A stretch of 64,000 nt of DNA, taken from Candidatus Buchananbacteria bacterium (GTDB lineage Bacteria > Patescibacteriota > Patescibacteriia > 2-01-FULL-39-33). The position numbers and the translations under genes were made by a program. How positions within the stretch are numbered: position 1 is the first letter of the stretch; every line of letters starts with the position of its first letter. The DNA is taken from contig JBAYGU010000001.1 in assembly GCA_041666505.1 (NCBI GenBank), forward strand, positions 477-64,476, written 5' to 3'. The notes beneath the pieces are model-generated. The model saw only the letters and a program-made list of their open reading frames with translations. It was not told where the DNA came from and did no database searches. Shown here in pieces: positions 19,368-29,372 of the stretch.

Positions 19368-21103
19368 ATATTCCTCTCGATTATTTCTAATAAACCGGCT
19401 TCGCCCGGTTTTTGAGCGACGTATTGGCTACGCCTCCTGTAAAAGGATTTCGCATTCATGATAGCGCAAAATTTTATTTTGCGCCAATTGCCATCGACAG
19501 TCTCGTTATCACTGATGAAAATCGCCTGCTTGCCGCTAAAATAGACGTTAATCAATCGGTCTAGAGCCGAGATCTTTGATACGCCAGGATTGTCCACTGT
19601 TATCTTTGCCGGCTTGGATAATAAATTTATCTTATGATCAGGCAATTCCCTCTGAAGCATGGCATATATATTCTTGGCCAATCCATAATTGGGCTGCCCA
19701 TTACATCTTGCATAAATACTGGCAGAATATTTCCTTTTTGCGCTGACAAATATCAAATATTTTTCTTTTTGAATATTAATAATATTCTTGTCATAACCGG
19801 TTACTACTCGATACCCCGCGCCTTTATAATTATCTTTCAATAAGCTTGAAATAGTCCGCCTCAATCGCCTATCAGAATGCGGAGCTTCTTTTTTTAAGCC
19901 ATGGGGCGTTAACTTGAAATATGAACCACCCTCGCAGATAATAGGGCCGTTTAATCCAAAATCATAATAAACGCTTTTCGCCTCAGCCCAGGGACGATTA
20001 GTATTCAATCCGAATATAACGCCGTCTTTCGTAAGATTTCTAATCTTATTTTTTAATTTTACAAAAGAAACGGCATCGTCGGATACCAATGTGCCGTCGA
20101 TATCGAAAAAAACCAGCGGATATGCTTTTTTCTTGGTGCTAACGGCCGCCTTCCATTGAGTAGGCGGCTCATAAATACCTATATTAAGCAGCAGGAATTC
20201 TAATTTAAGGCACATCCAGAAAAACCCCTTCATTGCCAAGTAAATCAGCCAGATTAAACCGTCGCCAAAACCTGATTTTTGCCATTTCTTCCAATCAGTG
20301 CGTCGGTTCAGATGCGGCCAAAGATAATTATATTCGGGGAACCAACACTTCATTTTTTCCATTTCGATATTGCGGCGGCGATAGACATTAAGCCAATCAT
20401 AGAATGAACTGATCGGCCAGGAATAGCATTTTGCCTTGGCAACCTGCCTTATGGAATTCAAGCCGAATTTGTCAATGAAGTAACTCGACATGAACACATC
20501 GTCTGCAGACAGCAATATGCCGTTGCTGCAATATTTCAGCATCATTTTACTCCGACGACAATTTTTTGCCCGCCTGGACACCTCATAATCAGTGGGAATA
20601 TGCCAATGACGAGTTGCAAATAACCGCCCATGAAAATACTGGCGCGGCGAAAGCATTGCCTGCGAATCATACAATCTGCCGATTTTTTCGGCTAAATTCA
20701 TATTAATTTTATCCTTAGCCAAGGATACTGTTTTAGCATAGGTAACGGCCAACTGAGAATTGCCTTTTAATGCGTCAACGAGCAACTTTATGGAATCTTC
20801 GGCAATTAGACCATCAGCATCAGGAAACACGAAAATTTCCGCCGGAAATTTATTGACAATCATGCGCTGGGCATTGACTAGGCCGGGACGGCTCCTGATT
20901 AGTTCACAGGCGATTTTAGGGTGGTCTTTTTTGAAACGCCTGAATTCCTTTTCAGTGTCATCCGTACAGCCGTTAACGCAAACGACGATTATATATTTTT
21001 TTATTCGACAAAAAATAACAGCCTTGCTGATCGATTCCAGGGCTGAGTAAATATTGGTTGCTTCATTTTTTGCCGGAATTCCAACGGTTAACGAATACTT
21101 CAT
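19364..21103 (-). CDS. Bifunctional GT2 glycosyltransferase / HAD-IIB-like phosphatase fusion
   Basis: N-terminal GT-A fold (VGIPAKNE...DADG) and C-terminal HAD motifs (VFFDIDGTLV, GLNTNRP, ISDNETVDG). Confidence 0.65.
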   Translation of the reverse strand: MKYSLTVGIPAKNEATNIYSALESISKAVIFCRIKKYIIVVCVNGCTDDTEKEFRRFKKDHPKIACELIRSRPGLVNAQRMIVNKFPAEIFVFPDADGLIAEDSIKLLVDALKGNSQLAVTYAKTVSLAKDKINMNLAEKIGRLYDSQAMLSPRQYFHGRLFATRHWHIPTDYEVSRRAKNCRRSKMMLKYCSNGILLSADDVFMSSYFIDKFGLNSIRQVAKAKCYSWPISSFYDWLNVYRRRNIEMEKMKCWFPEYNYLWPHLNRRTDWKKWQKSGFGDGLIWLIYLAMKGFFWMCLKLEFLLLNIGIYEPPTQWKAAVSTKKKAYPLVFFDIDGTLVSDDAVSFVKLKNKIRNLTKDGVIFGLNTNRPWAEAKSVYYDFGLNGPIICEGGSYFKLTPHGLKKEAPHSDRRLRRTISSLLKDNYKGAGYRVVTGYDKNIINIQKEKYLIFVSAKRKYSASIYARCNGQPNYGLAKNIYAMLQRELPDHKINLLSKPAKITVDNPGVSKISALDRLINVYFSGKQAIFISDNETVDGNWRKIKFCAIMNAKSFYRRRSQYVAQKPGEAGLLEIIERNI

Positions 21104-21123
21104 ACGACGGTGTAAAGCATCTT

Positions 21124-22752
21124 TTAACTGATCTTTTTTGCTTGCTTCCTATCCGCCATCGGCAATGAAAAACAGAACTTGCTGCCTTTGTTTTTACCGG
21201 GCGATTCCACCCAGATGCGGCCGCCCATATTCTCTACCAGGACGCGCGCGTAATATAAGCCCAAGCCAGTCCCCTCGGTATTGACCTTGGCCGAATCCTT
21301 GCCGCGGGTGAATTTGTTGAATAATCGTTTGATGTCGTCAGCATCCATACCCATGCCGGTATCTTGAGAAGTAAAAACGACAGACGTGCCCTCTTGATGC
21401 AGGCCGACCATGATCTCGCCTTGCTTGGTGTATTTGATGGCATTATCGATTATATTGGAAACGATGTCTTTTATCTTCTGCGCGTCCGCCGCGACTTTCG
21501 GCACCTTTTCTTTACTCATGAAGGCCAGCTTCAATTTGCGCGCCTTGGCTTTCTCTTGGAAATCATTGACCATCGACTTGGCGACTTCCGTCAGATCCAC
21601 TGGCTCGATAGTGAACTCAATCCTGCCCGCCTCGATACGCGATATATTAAGTAGGCTTTCCACTAAATTAATTAATCGTTCGGTCGAGACGAATATCTTG
21701 TCGATGCTTTCCTTGACTGGTTTAGTCATCTTGCCAAAACTGCCTTCCAAAAGCATCGAAGAATAGCCTTTGATGATCGTGAGCGGCGTCCTCAGCTGAT
21801 GCGAGGAGATCGACAGGAATTCCGATTTGGATTCATCTAATCGCTTCAATTCCTTGTTGGCGCTCGCCAAATCCTTCGTGACTTTATTCAATTTTTTATT
21901 AAGCGCTTCCATTTCCTCGCGGCGATGGACTTCGTGAAGTACTGAGCGAACAAGCAACACGGCAAAGAATAAGGTAATAATAAATATGACCACCCTGAAA
22001 TAAACAGAAATTTGCGATGTTTGAAATATTTGTAAAAAAGTTATAACTATTAAAAATACAGAGAATAATTCCGTTGCAATTACTTTAATATTCATCAAGT
22101 GGTGCTTGATTATCGCATAAGCCACTGCTGCGACGTAAAAAGTTACCAATATATTAGTAATGGGCGGAATGGGTATTTTATACCACAAAAAATAATTAGT
22201 AGACCCGCCGATAAATCCGATTGTCATTCCGACTAATACATAAATAATTTGAATTTTTATGATTCCCTCTGATTGAATATATTTCTTATAAAGTAGAGAA
22301 CAAGAATAGACTACGTAAAAAAACCAAATAATCAAAAAAGGGGCGAATGCTGGACCGGCCATTGGCCAAAACTTAAAAGTTAAAATCGGTTCGACGCCAA
22401 TGACAAATAGGGGGGTAAAATCAAGTATTAAAAAGATGAGGGAAATGATGAACGTCAGAATCAAAAATTTTCTTCTTTTTGGAAGCAAACCGACAAAAGA
22501 ATAAATAAAATATAAATAAGTAAATGGAATAAAAATAGCTGGAGCCATCAATAGACGGCACCAAAATAAGGCTGAGATCGGATCACTGGCCAATTGCCAA
22601 TAATAATATCCGATGCTCCAAAAAGCCACAGTAAAAGCAAAAAGTGAAAAGGAGGCATTAACTTTGTCTTCTTTATTGCTAAAAAAAACAAAAGTACCCA
22701 GAAATATACTGCTAAAAAAATTAATTATTGCAACGATGGCGTAAATATTCAT
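21124..22752 (-). CDS. Membrane sensor histidine kinase
   Basis: About 7 N-terminal TM helices, an H-box (SHQLRTPL) and HATPase_c G-boxes (GTGLGL). Confidence 0.8.
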   Translation of the reverse strand: MNIYAIVAIINFFSSIFLGTFVFFSNKEDKVNASFSLFAFTVAFWSIGYYYWQLASDPISALFWCRLLMAPAIFIPFTYLYFIYSFVGLLPKRRKFLILTFIISLIFLILDFTPLFVIGVEPILTFKFWPMAGPAFAPFLIIWFFYVVYSCSLLYKKYIQSEGIIKIQIIYVLVGMTIGFIGGSTNYFLWYKIPIPPITNILVTFYVAAVAYAIIKHHLMNIKVIATELFSVFLIVITFLQIFQTSQISVYFRVVIFIITLFFAVLLVRSVLHEVHRREEMEALNKKLNKVTKDLASANKELKRLDESKSEFLSISSHQLRTPLTIIKGYSSMLLEGSFGKMTKPVKESIDKIFVSTERLINLVESLLNISRIEAGRIEFTIEPVDLTEVAKSMVNDFQEKAKARKLKLAFMSKEKVPKVAADAQKIKDIVSNIIDNAIKYTKQGEIMVGLHQEGTSVVFTSQDTGMGMDADDIKRLFNKFTRGKDSAKVNTEGTGLGLYYARVLVENMGGRIWVESPGKNKGSKFCFSLPMADRKQAKKIS

Positions 22753-22823
22753 AAAAACAAATTAAAAACCCGAGTCAATGCTTTTATTATAGCATTTTCT
22801 CGGGTTGATTCAAAATGTTCGAC

Positions 22824-23783
22824 TTATTTCTCGGCAATAAGAATGCCATGAATGCGCAACGGTTCATAGATTATTCGATAATCCTTAAATCCTGCTTTTT
22901 CGGCTATTTCCACTAGATCGCTAGGATCGCGATAGATCATGGGCCAATTGATGACCCAATGAAGGAAGTGTTGTTCCGGATTCGGAGCGATATTGCATGT
23001 CAGATATACACCATCGGGCTCTAGTGATTCCCGGATCTTTTCCGACAATCGTATCGCCTTTCCTTGTTCGATGTAATCAAGTAGCCCCAACATCTCAATG
23101 ATCTGCGGTTTGAAGTCGACCGCTACCATGGCCACTGCCGCAACACTAATCTGTTTTATTTCGATTTGACTACATACACCATAGCACTTAGCCAAATTTC
23201 TGGCATATTCCAGCGCATCCTTATCGATATCGACAAGAATCGCCTTAACGATTACACCCCTGTGTTTAAACTCGGCAATAATTTCAATCACTGCTTGAGC
23301 CGAACCGCAAGCCAATGAAATCAATCTGACTTCACCATGACCACTAAATCTCAATATTGCCCGTCGCACCTCTTGCCGCACCAACTTGTAACGATTACGA
23401 ACAGCCTGAGCGTTCATCATGCCAATCCAGAAATTATCTATAATCTTTCTCCAGCCGAAACTGAAATTGTGATTGTAGATAATGTCCAAGGCTTTCCACG
23501 AAGCCGCACCATCCTTGATCTGACGATTACCAGGCCCCAAGCCATCAAACCACATAGTGTTGGTCTGTGGCCTATCGATTCCAAATTTCTTATACACCAA
23601 TTTCTTAGCGATCACGTACAGTGTGAGCAACCAAGAAATTGGCAGGGTGAGTATGTAAAGCCAGCGGCGATGCTCATAGGAATCCAGCTTAATCGGTTGA
23701 ACAAATGAGGCTTCAATATTACCCGACTCTGACATTTCCGGAGCCGTAGCTATTTCCACCCCAGAGAGAGTATATTTATTCAT
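22824..23783 (-). CDS. Class I SAM-dependent methyltransferase with N-terminal TM helix
   Basis: Motif I-like LISLACGSAQAV plus an acidic loop VDIDKDAL. Confidence 0.55.
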   Translation of the reverse strand: MNKYTLSGVEIATAPEMSESGNIEASFVQPIKLDSYEHRRWLYILTLPISWLLTLYVIAKKLVYKKFGIDRPQTNTMWFDGLGPGNRQIKDGAASWKALDIIYNHNFSFGWRKIIDNFWIGMMNAQAVRNRYKLVRQEVRRAILRFSGHGEVRLISLACGSAQAVIEIIAEFKHRGVIVKAILVDIDKDALEYARNLAKCYGVCSQIEIKQISVAAVAMVAVDFKPQIIEMLGLLDYIEQGKAIRLSEKIRESLEPDGVYLTCNIAPNPEQHFLHWVINWPMIYRDPSDLVEIAEKAGFKDYRIIYEPLRIHGILIAEK

Positions 23784-23805
23784 TTCTATTTTCCCTTCCT
23801 TTCTT

Positions 23806-24990
23806 CTAGAACTTCACAGTTCCGCTAATTGCACCTGTCCAGACGTCAGCAGAAATTTCCCGGCCGTCAGCCTTATTGCTGCCCCAGCCGCGGGAAAGTC
23901 CCACTGTCAGGTCCCACGACTTCGCGATTTGATAATTGAGCCGACCGGCGACAAACACTCCGTCCGTATCCGGCGTCATGAAGTCCGCCGTCTGGTCAGG
24001 AACTGCTGCGGACATATAGCCCGTGCCGCCGCCGATCGTCAGGCGATCATTCACTTTGTAACTAGCGCCGACTCGGGCCGCCCAATTATCCGCCCAACCG
24101 GTCTTGACCGGCTTGGTGAACGTGAGCTTGTCGAATTTGATATCGACCGACTCCAACGAACTCTTGGAGTAGCCGTACCAAGTCCAATCAGCCACTAAGA
24201 GCAATCGATCAGTCGCCTTCCAAGCTCCGGAAACTTCGAGTTCGTCCGGAAATTGGAAATCAGCTTTGATCTCATCCCGCAAATGGAACGGACTCAGGAT
24301 TTCCGTGCGGCCATTCAAACGCGCCTTAATGCTCGAAGTATAATTCATTCCGAACGCCCAATTCTCATTCGGCTGATAAAACACGCCAACGGCCGCGCCG
24401 ATTCCGGCTCCGATCGCTTTCGTGTCCGTCTCGATCGGCAGGTTATGCCGATTGATGTCGAATGGCCCGTGCCACGTCAGCATAGTGTCGGCAATTATCA
24501 AGCCGAGTCCGATTGACCACTGATCGTTTAATCTCTGAGTAACGTACGGTTCAATGTACGTCCCGGATATAAGAGTCCGAGAATCTATCCTGCCGAAGCT
24601 TTTTTCGAAGCTCGCACCCATGCCGAATTCCGTCCGGATCTTCAAGCCGGTGACGGTATCGCCATCGACCCTTTGAGCCCAGCACAGATACGGCAATGTA
24701 TGCGCCACGTTCTTCGACTCAATAGTTCGACCAAATCGATCCGTAATACGGAATTTCGGCACCATGGTTTCGAAACCGAATTCCAATTGGCTGCCATCAA
24801 TCTGGATCATACTGCCCAGATTCTCCGGCAGCCATGGTCCGTCCGGATTCGAGCCATTGCCGACACCTGTCGGCCCAGTTACAGCCAAGCGATCCAATCC
24901 TCCGCCATAGGCCAAAGGATTAAACATTACGGCCATAATGGCCAAAAGTACCAACAAAATTAACTTTACTGAATTGTAATGAACTTGCAT
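23806..24990 (-). CDS. FadL/OmpP1/TodX-like outer-membrane beta-barrel protein
   Basis: Signal peptide, amphipathic beta-strand periodicity and a C-terminal ...ISGTVKF ending in Phe. GC of about 56% far exceeds neighbouring genes. Confidence 0.55.
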   Translation of the reverse strand: MQVHYNSVKLILLVLLAIMAVMFNPLAYGGGLDRLAVTGPTGVGNGSNPDGPWLPENLGSMIQIDGSQLEFGFETMVPKFRITDRFGRTIESKNVAHTLPYLCWAQRVDGDTVTGLKIRTEFGMGASFEKSFGRIDSRTLISGTYIEPYVTQRLNDQWSIGLGLIIADTMLTWHGPFDINRHNLPIETDTKAIGAGIGAAVGVFYQPNENWAFGMNYTSSIKARLNGRTEILSPFHLRDEIKADFQFPDELEVSGAWKATDRLLLVADWTWYGYSKSSLESVDIKFDKLTFTKPVKTGWADNWAARVGASYKVNDRLTIGGGTGYMSAAVPDQTADFMTPDTDGVFVAGRLNYQIAKSWDLTVGLSRGWGSNKADGREISADVWTGAISGTVKF

Positions 24991-25137
24991 TTCTTTTCTC
25001 CTATTTCTCTGCTATTTTAGCAGTTTTTGACAGCTACCAACAGTTATCCACAATATTCTGACTAACATAAAATTATAGCAAATAATAACACTTTTGTCAA
25101 TGAATGATTAAATATTTACTAATTTTACGCAAAAAAA

Positions 25138-25164
25138 CCGCCGAATCGCTTCGGCGGCCATGAA
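25138..25164 (-). terminator. Rho-independent terminator (CCGCCGAA-tcgc-TTCGGCGG + T-run)
   Basis: Perfect 8-bp stem. An identical copy lies at 30073-30099. Confidence 0.6.
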
Positions 25165-25166
25165 TG

Positions 25167-25862
25167 TTATTTCTCGCTTTCCAGTCGAGCTTTTAATAAA
25201 AATATCGTATCGGTTCGCAATTTCGCTCGAGCCCAATCTTTTTGAGAAGCCGTCAACATCTCTCCCAGGCCATCGAGAATATGGCGATTGTCCATCTTTT
25301 CCAACATCTTAATGCATTTAGCTACAACTTCCTCAAAAGTCAGCTTAGCACGATTTTCCACTAATTTCTTATTGATCGGCCACATGTTTTTGGCAAAAAA
25401 ATAAACGTCATAGACATCGCGACTCGTCTTGCCTATCCTCTCATACATCGCCATGAGTTTATTGGCGAACATATCTTCCTTAACCATAACCGGCATAGAG
25501 ATGCCCAGCAACGTTTTCACTTCGTATTTCGATCCGAAATTCCGTCGATTGACTTCGATTTTTATATTCTGAGACTTCAAGTCATGCGCGATAATAACGA
25601 TCAGATTAAATCTCTTAATCTTGGAATCAATGATCTTACCGTAGCCTGCGGCTATCTTTTGGATTTTTTCAAACACTTCCTTTTCCTTATCAACAACCAA
25701 AAGATCAAGATCGATATCGACGGAGTTGCGATCCAGGCCGTAAAACATCAAAGCCGCCGTTCCGCCTTTAAAACCCAAATACGGGGACAGCGAAGTGTCA
25801 GAAAAAATATCTTTCAATATCTGCAATAGAATATTCTTATGTTTGGGATAGTCTAATGTCAT
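25167..25862 (-). CDS. abiEii: AbiEii/AbiGii-family nucleotidyltransferase toxin (type IV TA)
   Basis: Hallmark LGFKGGTAALMFYGLDRNSVDIDLDL. Confidence 0.7.
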   Translation of the reverse strand: MTLDYPKHKNILLQILKDIFSDTSLSPYLGFKGGTAALMFYGLDRNSVDIDLDLLVVDKEKEVFEKIQKIAAGYGKIIDSKIKRFNLIVIIAHDLKSQNIKIEVNRRNFGSKYEVKTLLGISMPVMVKEDMFANKLMAMYERIGKTSRDVYDVYFFAKNMWPINKKLVENRAKLTFEEVVAKCIKMLEKMDNRHILDGLGEMLTASQKDWARAKLRTDTIFLLKARLESEK

Positions 25863-26476
25863 ACGGTTTGAATGTTATCCAGTTTATCGTTTTTATAATA
25901 ATTGAAATATTTTTCAACTTTCTTAGCCATTCTTTGATTGCGGTAAATCGGCAAAATTTCAAAAACTTTTTTCCAGTCCAAAACGCTCAGATTGTCGAAA
26001 TGATAATCCTTGCTGATATATATCCGATCCAAAAATGCCCGCTCTTTTGTCGCGACAGCCACGCCATTTACATGCTCGATCCCCGCCGTATTGCTCAGAA
26101 CAAAATCCTTCATCCTGATAAACGATATTTTTTGCCCGTCCGCCTCAATCTCCCTCGTAACATAGGAAGCAACAAAAATATTTCCGTAATACTGGAAATT
26201 CACTCCGGTCCGAGTCAAGACTGTTTCAAAACTGACATAAGAGGGAGTATAGATCCGCGTAGCCAATTCAAAACGATCATAATTCTTATCCTTGGCATAA
26301 ATGCCGCGATGGACCCTGATTAATTTTCCCCTTTTTACATAATTGCTCAATCTAACCCTGATTTTAGCCTCTCCTATTTCACCCCACAGCAAAGAAATGT
26401 CTTTTGTGGAAAAGACAGTTTTTGGCGATCTGAGCAACATATCGATATATTGGCCTTTTGTGAGTTTATTAACCAT
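25859..26476 (-). CDS. abiEi: AbiEi-family antitoxin/transcriptional regulator
   Basis: RGKLIRVHRGIYA signature of the AbiEi N-terminal domain. It overlaps the toxin by 4 nt. Start is taken at MVNKL (26476) rather than the longer track ORF ending at 26545. Confidence 0.65.
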   Translation of the reverse strand: MVNKLTKGQYIDMLLRSPKTVFSTKDISLLWGEIGEAKIRVRLSNYVKRGKLIRVHRGIYAKDKNYDRFELATRIYTPSYVSFETVLTRTGVNFQYYGNIFVASYVTREIEADGQKISFIRMKDFVLSNTAGIEHVNGVAVATKERAFLDRIYISKDYHFDNLSVLDWKKVFEILPIYRNQRMAKKVEKYFNYYKNDKLDNIQTV

Positions 26477-26517
26477 ATACTTACTAGATGTTAGTTTAAA
26501 ACTTACTAACAGTACAA

Positions 26518-26545
26518 TTATAGCACATATATAAAATATATGCAA
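26518..26545 (-). promoter_or_regulatory. Putative sigma70-type promoter for abiEi (TTGCAT-16/17-TATAAT)
   Basis: On the minus strand, TTGCAT lies at 26545-26540 and TATAAT at 26523-26518, about 45 nt upstream of ATG 26476. The recurring TTTTTGTCTAAAATTAGCTAA motif lies immediately upstream. Confidence 0.35.
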
Positions 26546-26591
26546 GTATTTAATAATTAGCTAATTTTAGACAAAAAGATACCAGAATTAA

Positions 26592-28046
26592 CTAATGCCT
26601 CATTTTCGATGTAAATAATCTGGTCGGTTCAAAATCAGTCTGAGCAAAATTAATGCCCAATTTCATCAGCCACACAAAATATATTACTCCCGGATCATCT
26701 CTAAGTTGTTTCGCTATGAATTTGTCCACCAGATTATCAACCGCTTTCACGCTCAATTTATCAGAAAAGCTCGGCAGTTCTTTGGTCAAAAAATTTATGA
26801 TATTTGTATTGAACTCACCCTTATCCAAACGATCCAATTGAGAGGCAGCAAAATCATAATGCGGATTCAATTCCAAAGCCATATGTAATAATTCCTCTCC
26901 GGCGGGATTGCCTGCAGCCAACATAGACGATCCTTTATTGGCAAATAAGCGATAAATTTCCCGATCGGTTGTTTTTGATGATAATAATTCCTGGAAACCC
27001 TTATCATATGATTCCATTGCCAGCCCTGGCTTTCCCTGTTTAGTAGCTTTCATCGCTTTCTCCGCATAATCCATCCAGCCTTCAGAACTGAATATCCCGC
27101 TAATATAACGAGGGGTTGATTGATCGCGATCCGGCCTGACTTTCCCCTTCATCTCATGCGGGCATTTACCACTAAGTGATTTATGCGGGGAATAATTGCT
27201 AAGATCGCAAGACGCTTTCACCAATAAATCCATGTCATCTTTTTTCAGGTCATGATGAGCCAAACCCATTAAGATCGAAATAGGGAAAGTCGCTAAATCA
27301 TCATTAGCGGTTTTATTAATCCATTTCTTGACTTGACTCACAGAAACAAAAGGCGAGATGCCGCATACATTAAAGGCTGCCTCCGCTTGCTTTTCTGCCT
27401 TTTGTTCGTTCATCGTCAGATCAATTTTGTCGCTTGCATTTTCCGCCTCATCGGCTTGCTGTCTGCCAGGCTTATAAAGAATTTCATAAACCACCTGGGG
27501 CGTTATAATATCACCAGATTTCCTAAAATATTTTTTTGCCTGCTCGGTCATCATTGTATCCAGCATTTGGCATGTGCCACTGGCGAATTCATAACGTTCT
27601 CCGATCTTAGCTACTCGACAAATAATCGTCTGACCCGGAAGAAGCAATCTGGCTCCCGCATATTCCCGCACCGCATACTCCTTATCCTGTTGCAGGCTTT
27701 CAACTTCTATCCGCCCGGGTTTGACTGAGGTGACAGAGAAAAAACCATATTCATTATCTAACATATCCCTTAAATCCGATAATTCATTATCAGTTAACCT
27801 AAGAGGATTATTTTTAACAAAATCAGACAGCGGCGTCTTGCCATTAGACAGCTTGAAATCAAATACCAGCCATTCCATAAAAAGCATATTAACCGGATCC
27901 ATGTCATCATCGGCAATCAAATCGCCATCTACGACATCACCAATGGAGCGGCCAAAAAATTCCAAACTTGCTCTTTTAATATCCGCATTACGCCCGAGAT
28001 CGTAAAGATAATGATCTAGGACGTCAGAAATTGCATTTTTTCTCAT
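26592..28046 (-). CDS. Hypothetical 484-aa protein with C-terminal TPR-like repeat, flanked by AbiE modules
   Basis: No recognisable catalytic motif; positioned between two type IV TA pairs. Confidence 0.4.
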   Translation of the reverse strand: MRKNAISDVLDHYLYDLGRNADIKRASLEFFGRSIGDVVDGDLIADDDMDPVNMLFMEWLVFDFKLSNGKTPLSDFVKNNPLRLTDNELSDLRDMLDNEYGFFSVTSVKPGRIEVESLQQDKEYAVREYAGARLLLPGQTIICRVAKIGERYEFASGTCQMLDTMMTEQAKKYFRKSGDIITPQVVYEILYKPGRQQADEAENASDKIDLTMNEQKAEKQAEAAFNVCGISPFVSVSQVKKWINKTANDDLATFPISILMGLAHHDLKKDDMDLLVKASCDLSNYSPHKSLSGKCPHEMKGKVRPDRDQSTPRYISGIFSSEGWMDYAEKAMKATKQGKPGLAMESYDKGFQELLSSKTTDREIYRLFANKGSSMLAAGNPAGEELLHMALELNPHYDFAASQLDRLDKGEFNTNIINFLTKELPSFSDKLSVKAVDNLVDKFIAKQLRDDPGVIYFVWLMKLGINFAQTDFEPTRLFTSKMRH

Positions 28047-28082
28047 ATTTTTCGTTATGATTATTCTTGTATGATTACAGGC

Positions 28083-29372
28083 CTACTTCAACAGATCATC
28101 CAGCTCGCAAGACAGCAAGGCGGATTTATTTAGCAAGATCTGCTCATTGGGATTCAGATTATCCGCAGTCATCCGAATAAGCTTGGTGGTGATGCTGTCG
28201 CCTAACATAATCCTGCCGGTTTTCTTGAAATATTTCTCTGTCATTTGAAAAAAGTGGGTCGCATACTGTTTGAGAACTTCCTGCGGAGCGAGCCGACTAC
28301 TTATACCGTTATTCGTAAATTCTGTAATCTTCATTAAATTATCATCTATCATATTATTCATTTTACCATCTGTCGCAATAATCCAATCTTCATCAATCGC
28401 ATATTTAACAAGAACAATTTTCCCATCATCTGTTTCATACAAAAATTTAAACAAAAAAATATCCTTAAACATATCCTCAAAAATTACCAACTTTTGAAGA
28501 ATTTTAATATCTCTAATTTTATATTCATCCAAAAGACGCAGATAGCTCTCTCGCCAATTCTTTAACCAATTGGCAATGAAAGCCTGATCCAAGAAAAGCG
28601 GGGTCAAATCATGTTTGAGATTGGCATCCGTCTTCGGACTGTTTAAAATTTTTATCGTAACCTTGTCGAATAATTCTTTCGGATTCTTAATATCGATACC
28701 TTTGGCGATGAGATAATCGAAATCAGGCACGATTTTTTTGCCCATATACCACAGCAGGTCATAAATATCGCGCCCTTTTTCTTCATAAATTTCTTTCCCT
28801 GTCCCGCGAGAGCCGCGCAGAAAAATTGCGGCTAATTTGCTTGCCATGAGCGCACCCATATTATATGTCCAGATGACAAATGACAACTGTCCGCGATTTA
28901 TCGGCTGGCGGTCAATTACGGTTTTAGAAGCGGCAAAATGATTCAAATCAATTTTTACGTGGATCTGATCCGAAGGCCAGCCAAGGCTAAGTTCCTTGCC
29001 GACATGGAACTTCAAGATCAATCCTCTGCCGGCAGTTATTTTTAACGTTAAGAAACCGGCTCCGGCTCCATATGTATTTGCAAAATAATCTTCAATCTCC
29101 CTTTTCAATTCGCCCAAAAATTCCTCTGTCACCTCATGAGAAACCTCAAAATCCAAATCAACCGACATACGATCCAGGCCATGGATTATGCGCAGCGCGG
29201 AACCGCCATACATGACCCAATCGCCGTATTCCTGATGATGATAAATAAAATTCAGGACATAAAACTGCAGCTCTTCTTCAAGGGCGTTAAGGCGCGTCTC
29301 GGCATCGATACCGCCATAAGCTGACAGGCTCTCGATTTTCCTTTTCAAAATTGCGATTATCTGTTCGCTCAT
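28083..29372 (-). CDS. AbiEii-family nucleotidyltransferase (second, 429 aa)
   Basis: VMYGGSALRIIHGLDRMSVDLDFEV. Confidence 0.65.
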   Translation of the reverse strand: MSEQIIAILKRKIESLSAYGGIDAETRLNALEEELQFYVLNFIYHHQEYGDWVMYGGSALRIIHGLDRMSVDLDFEVSHEVTEEFLGELKREIEDYFANTYGAGAGFLTLKITAGRGLILKFHVGKELSLGWPSDQIHVKIDLNHFAASKTVIDRQPINRGQLSFVIWTYNMGALMASKLAAIFLRGSRGTGKEIYEEKGRDIYDLLWYMGKKIVPDFDYLIAKGIDIKNPKELFDKVTIKILNSPKTDANLKHDLTPLFLDQAFIANWLKNWRESYLRLLDEYKIRDIKILQKLVIFEDMFKDIFLFKFLYETDDGKIVLVKYAIDEDWIIATDGKMNNMIDDNLMKITEFTNNGISSRLAPQEVLKQYATHFFQMTEKYFKKTGRIMLGDSITTKLIRMTADNLNPNEQILLNKSALLSCELDDLLK

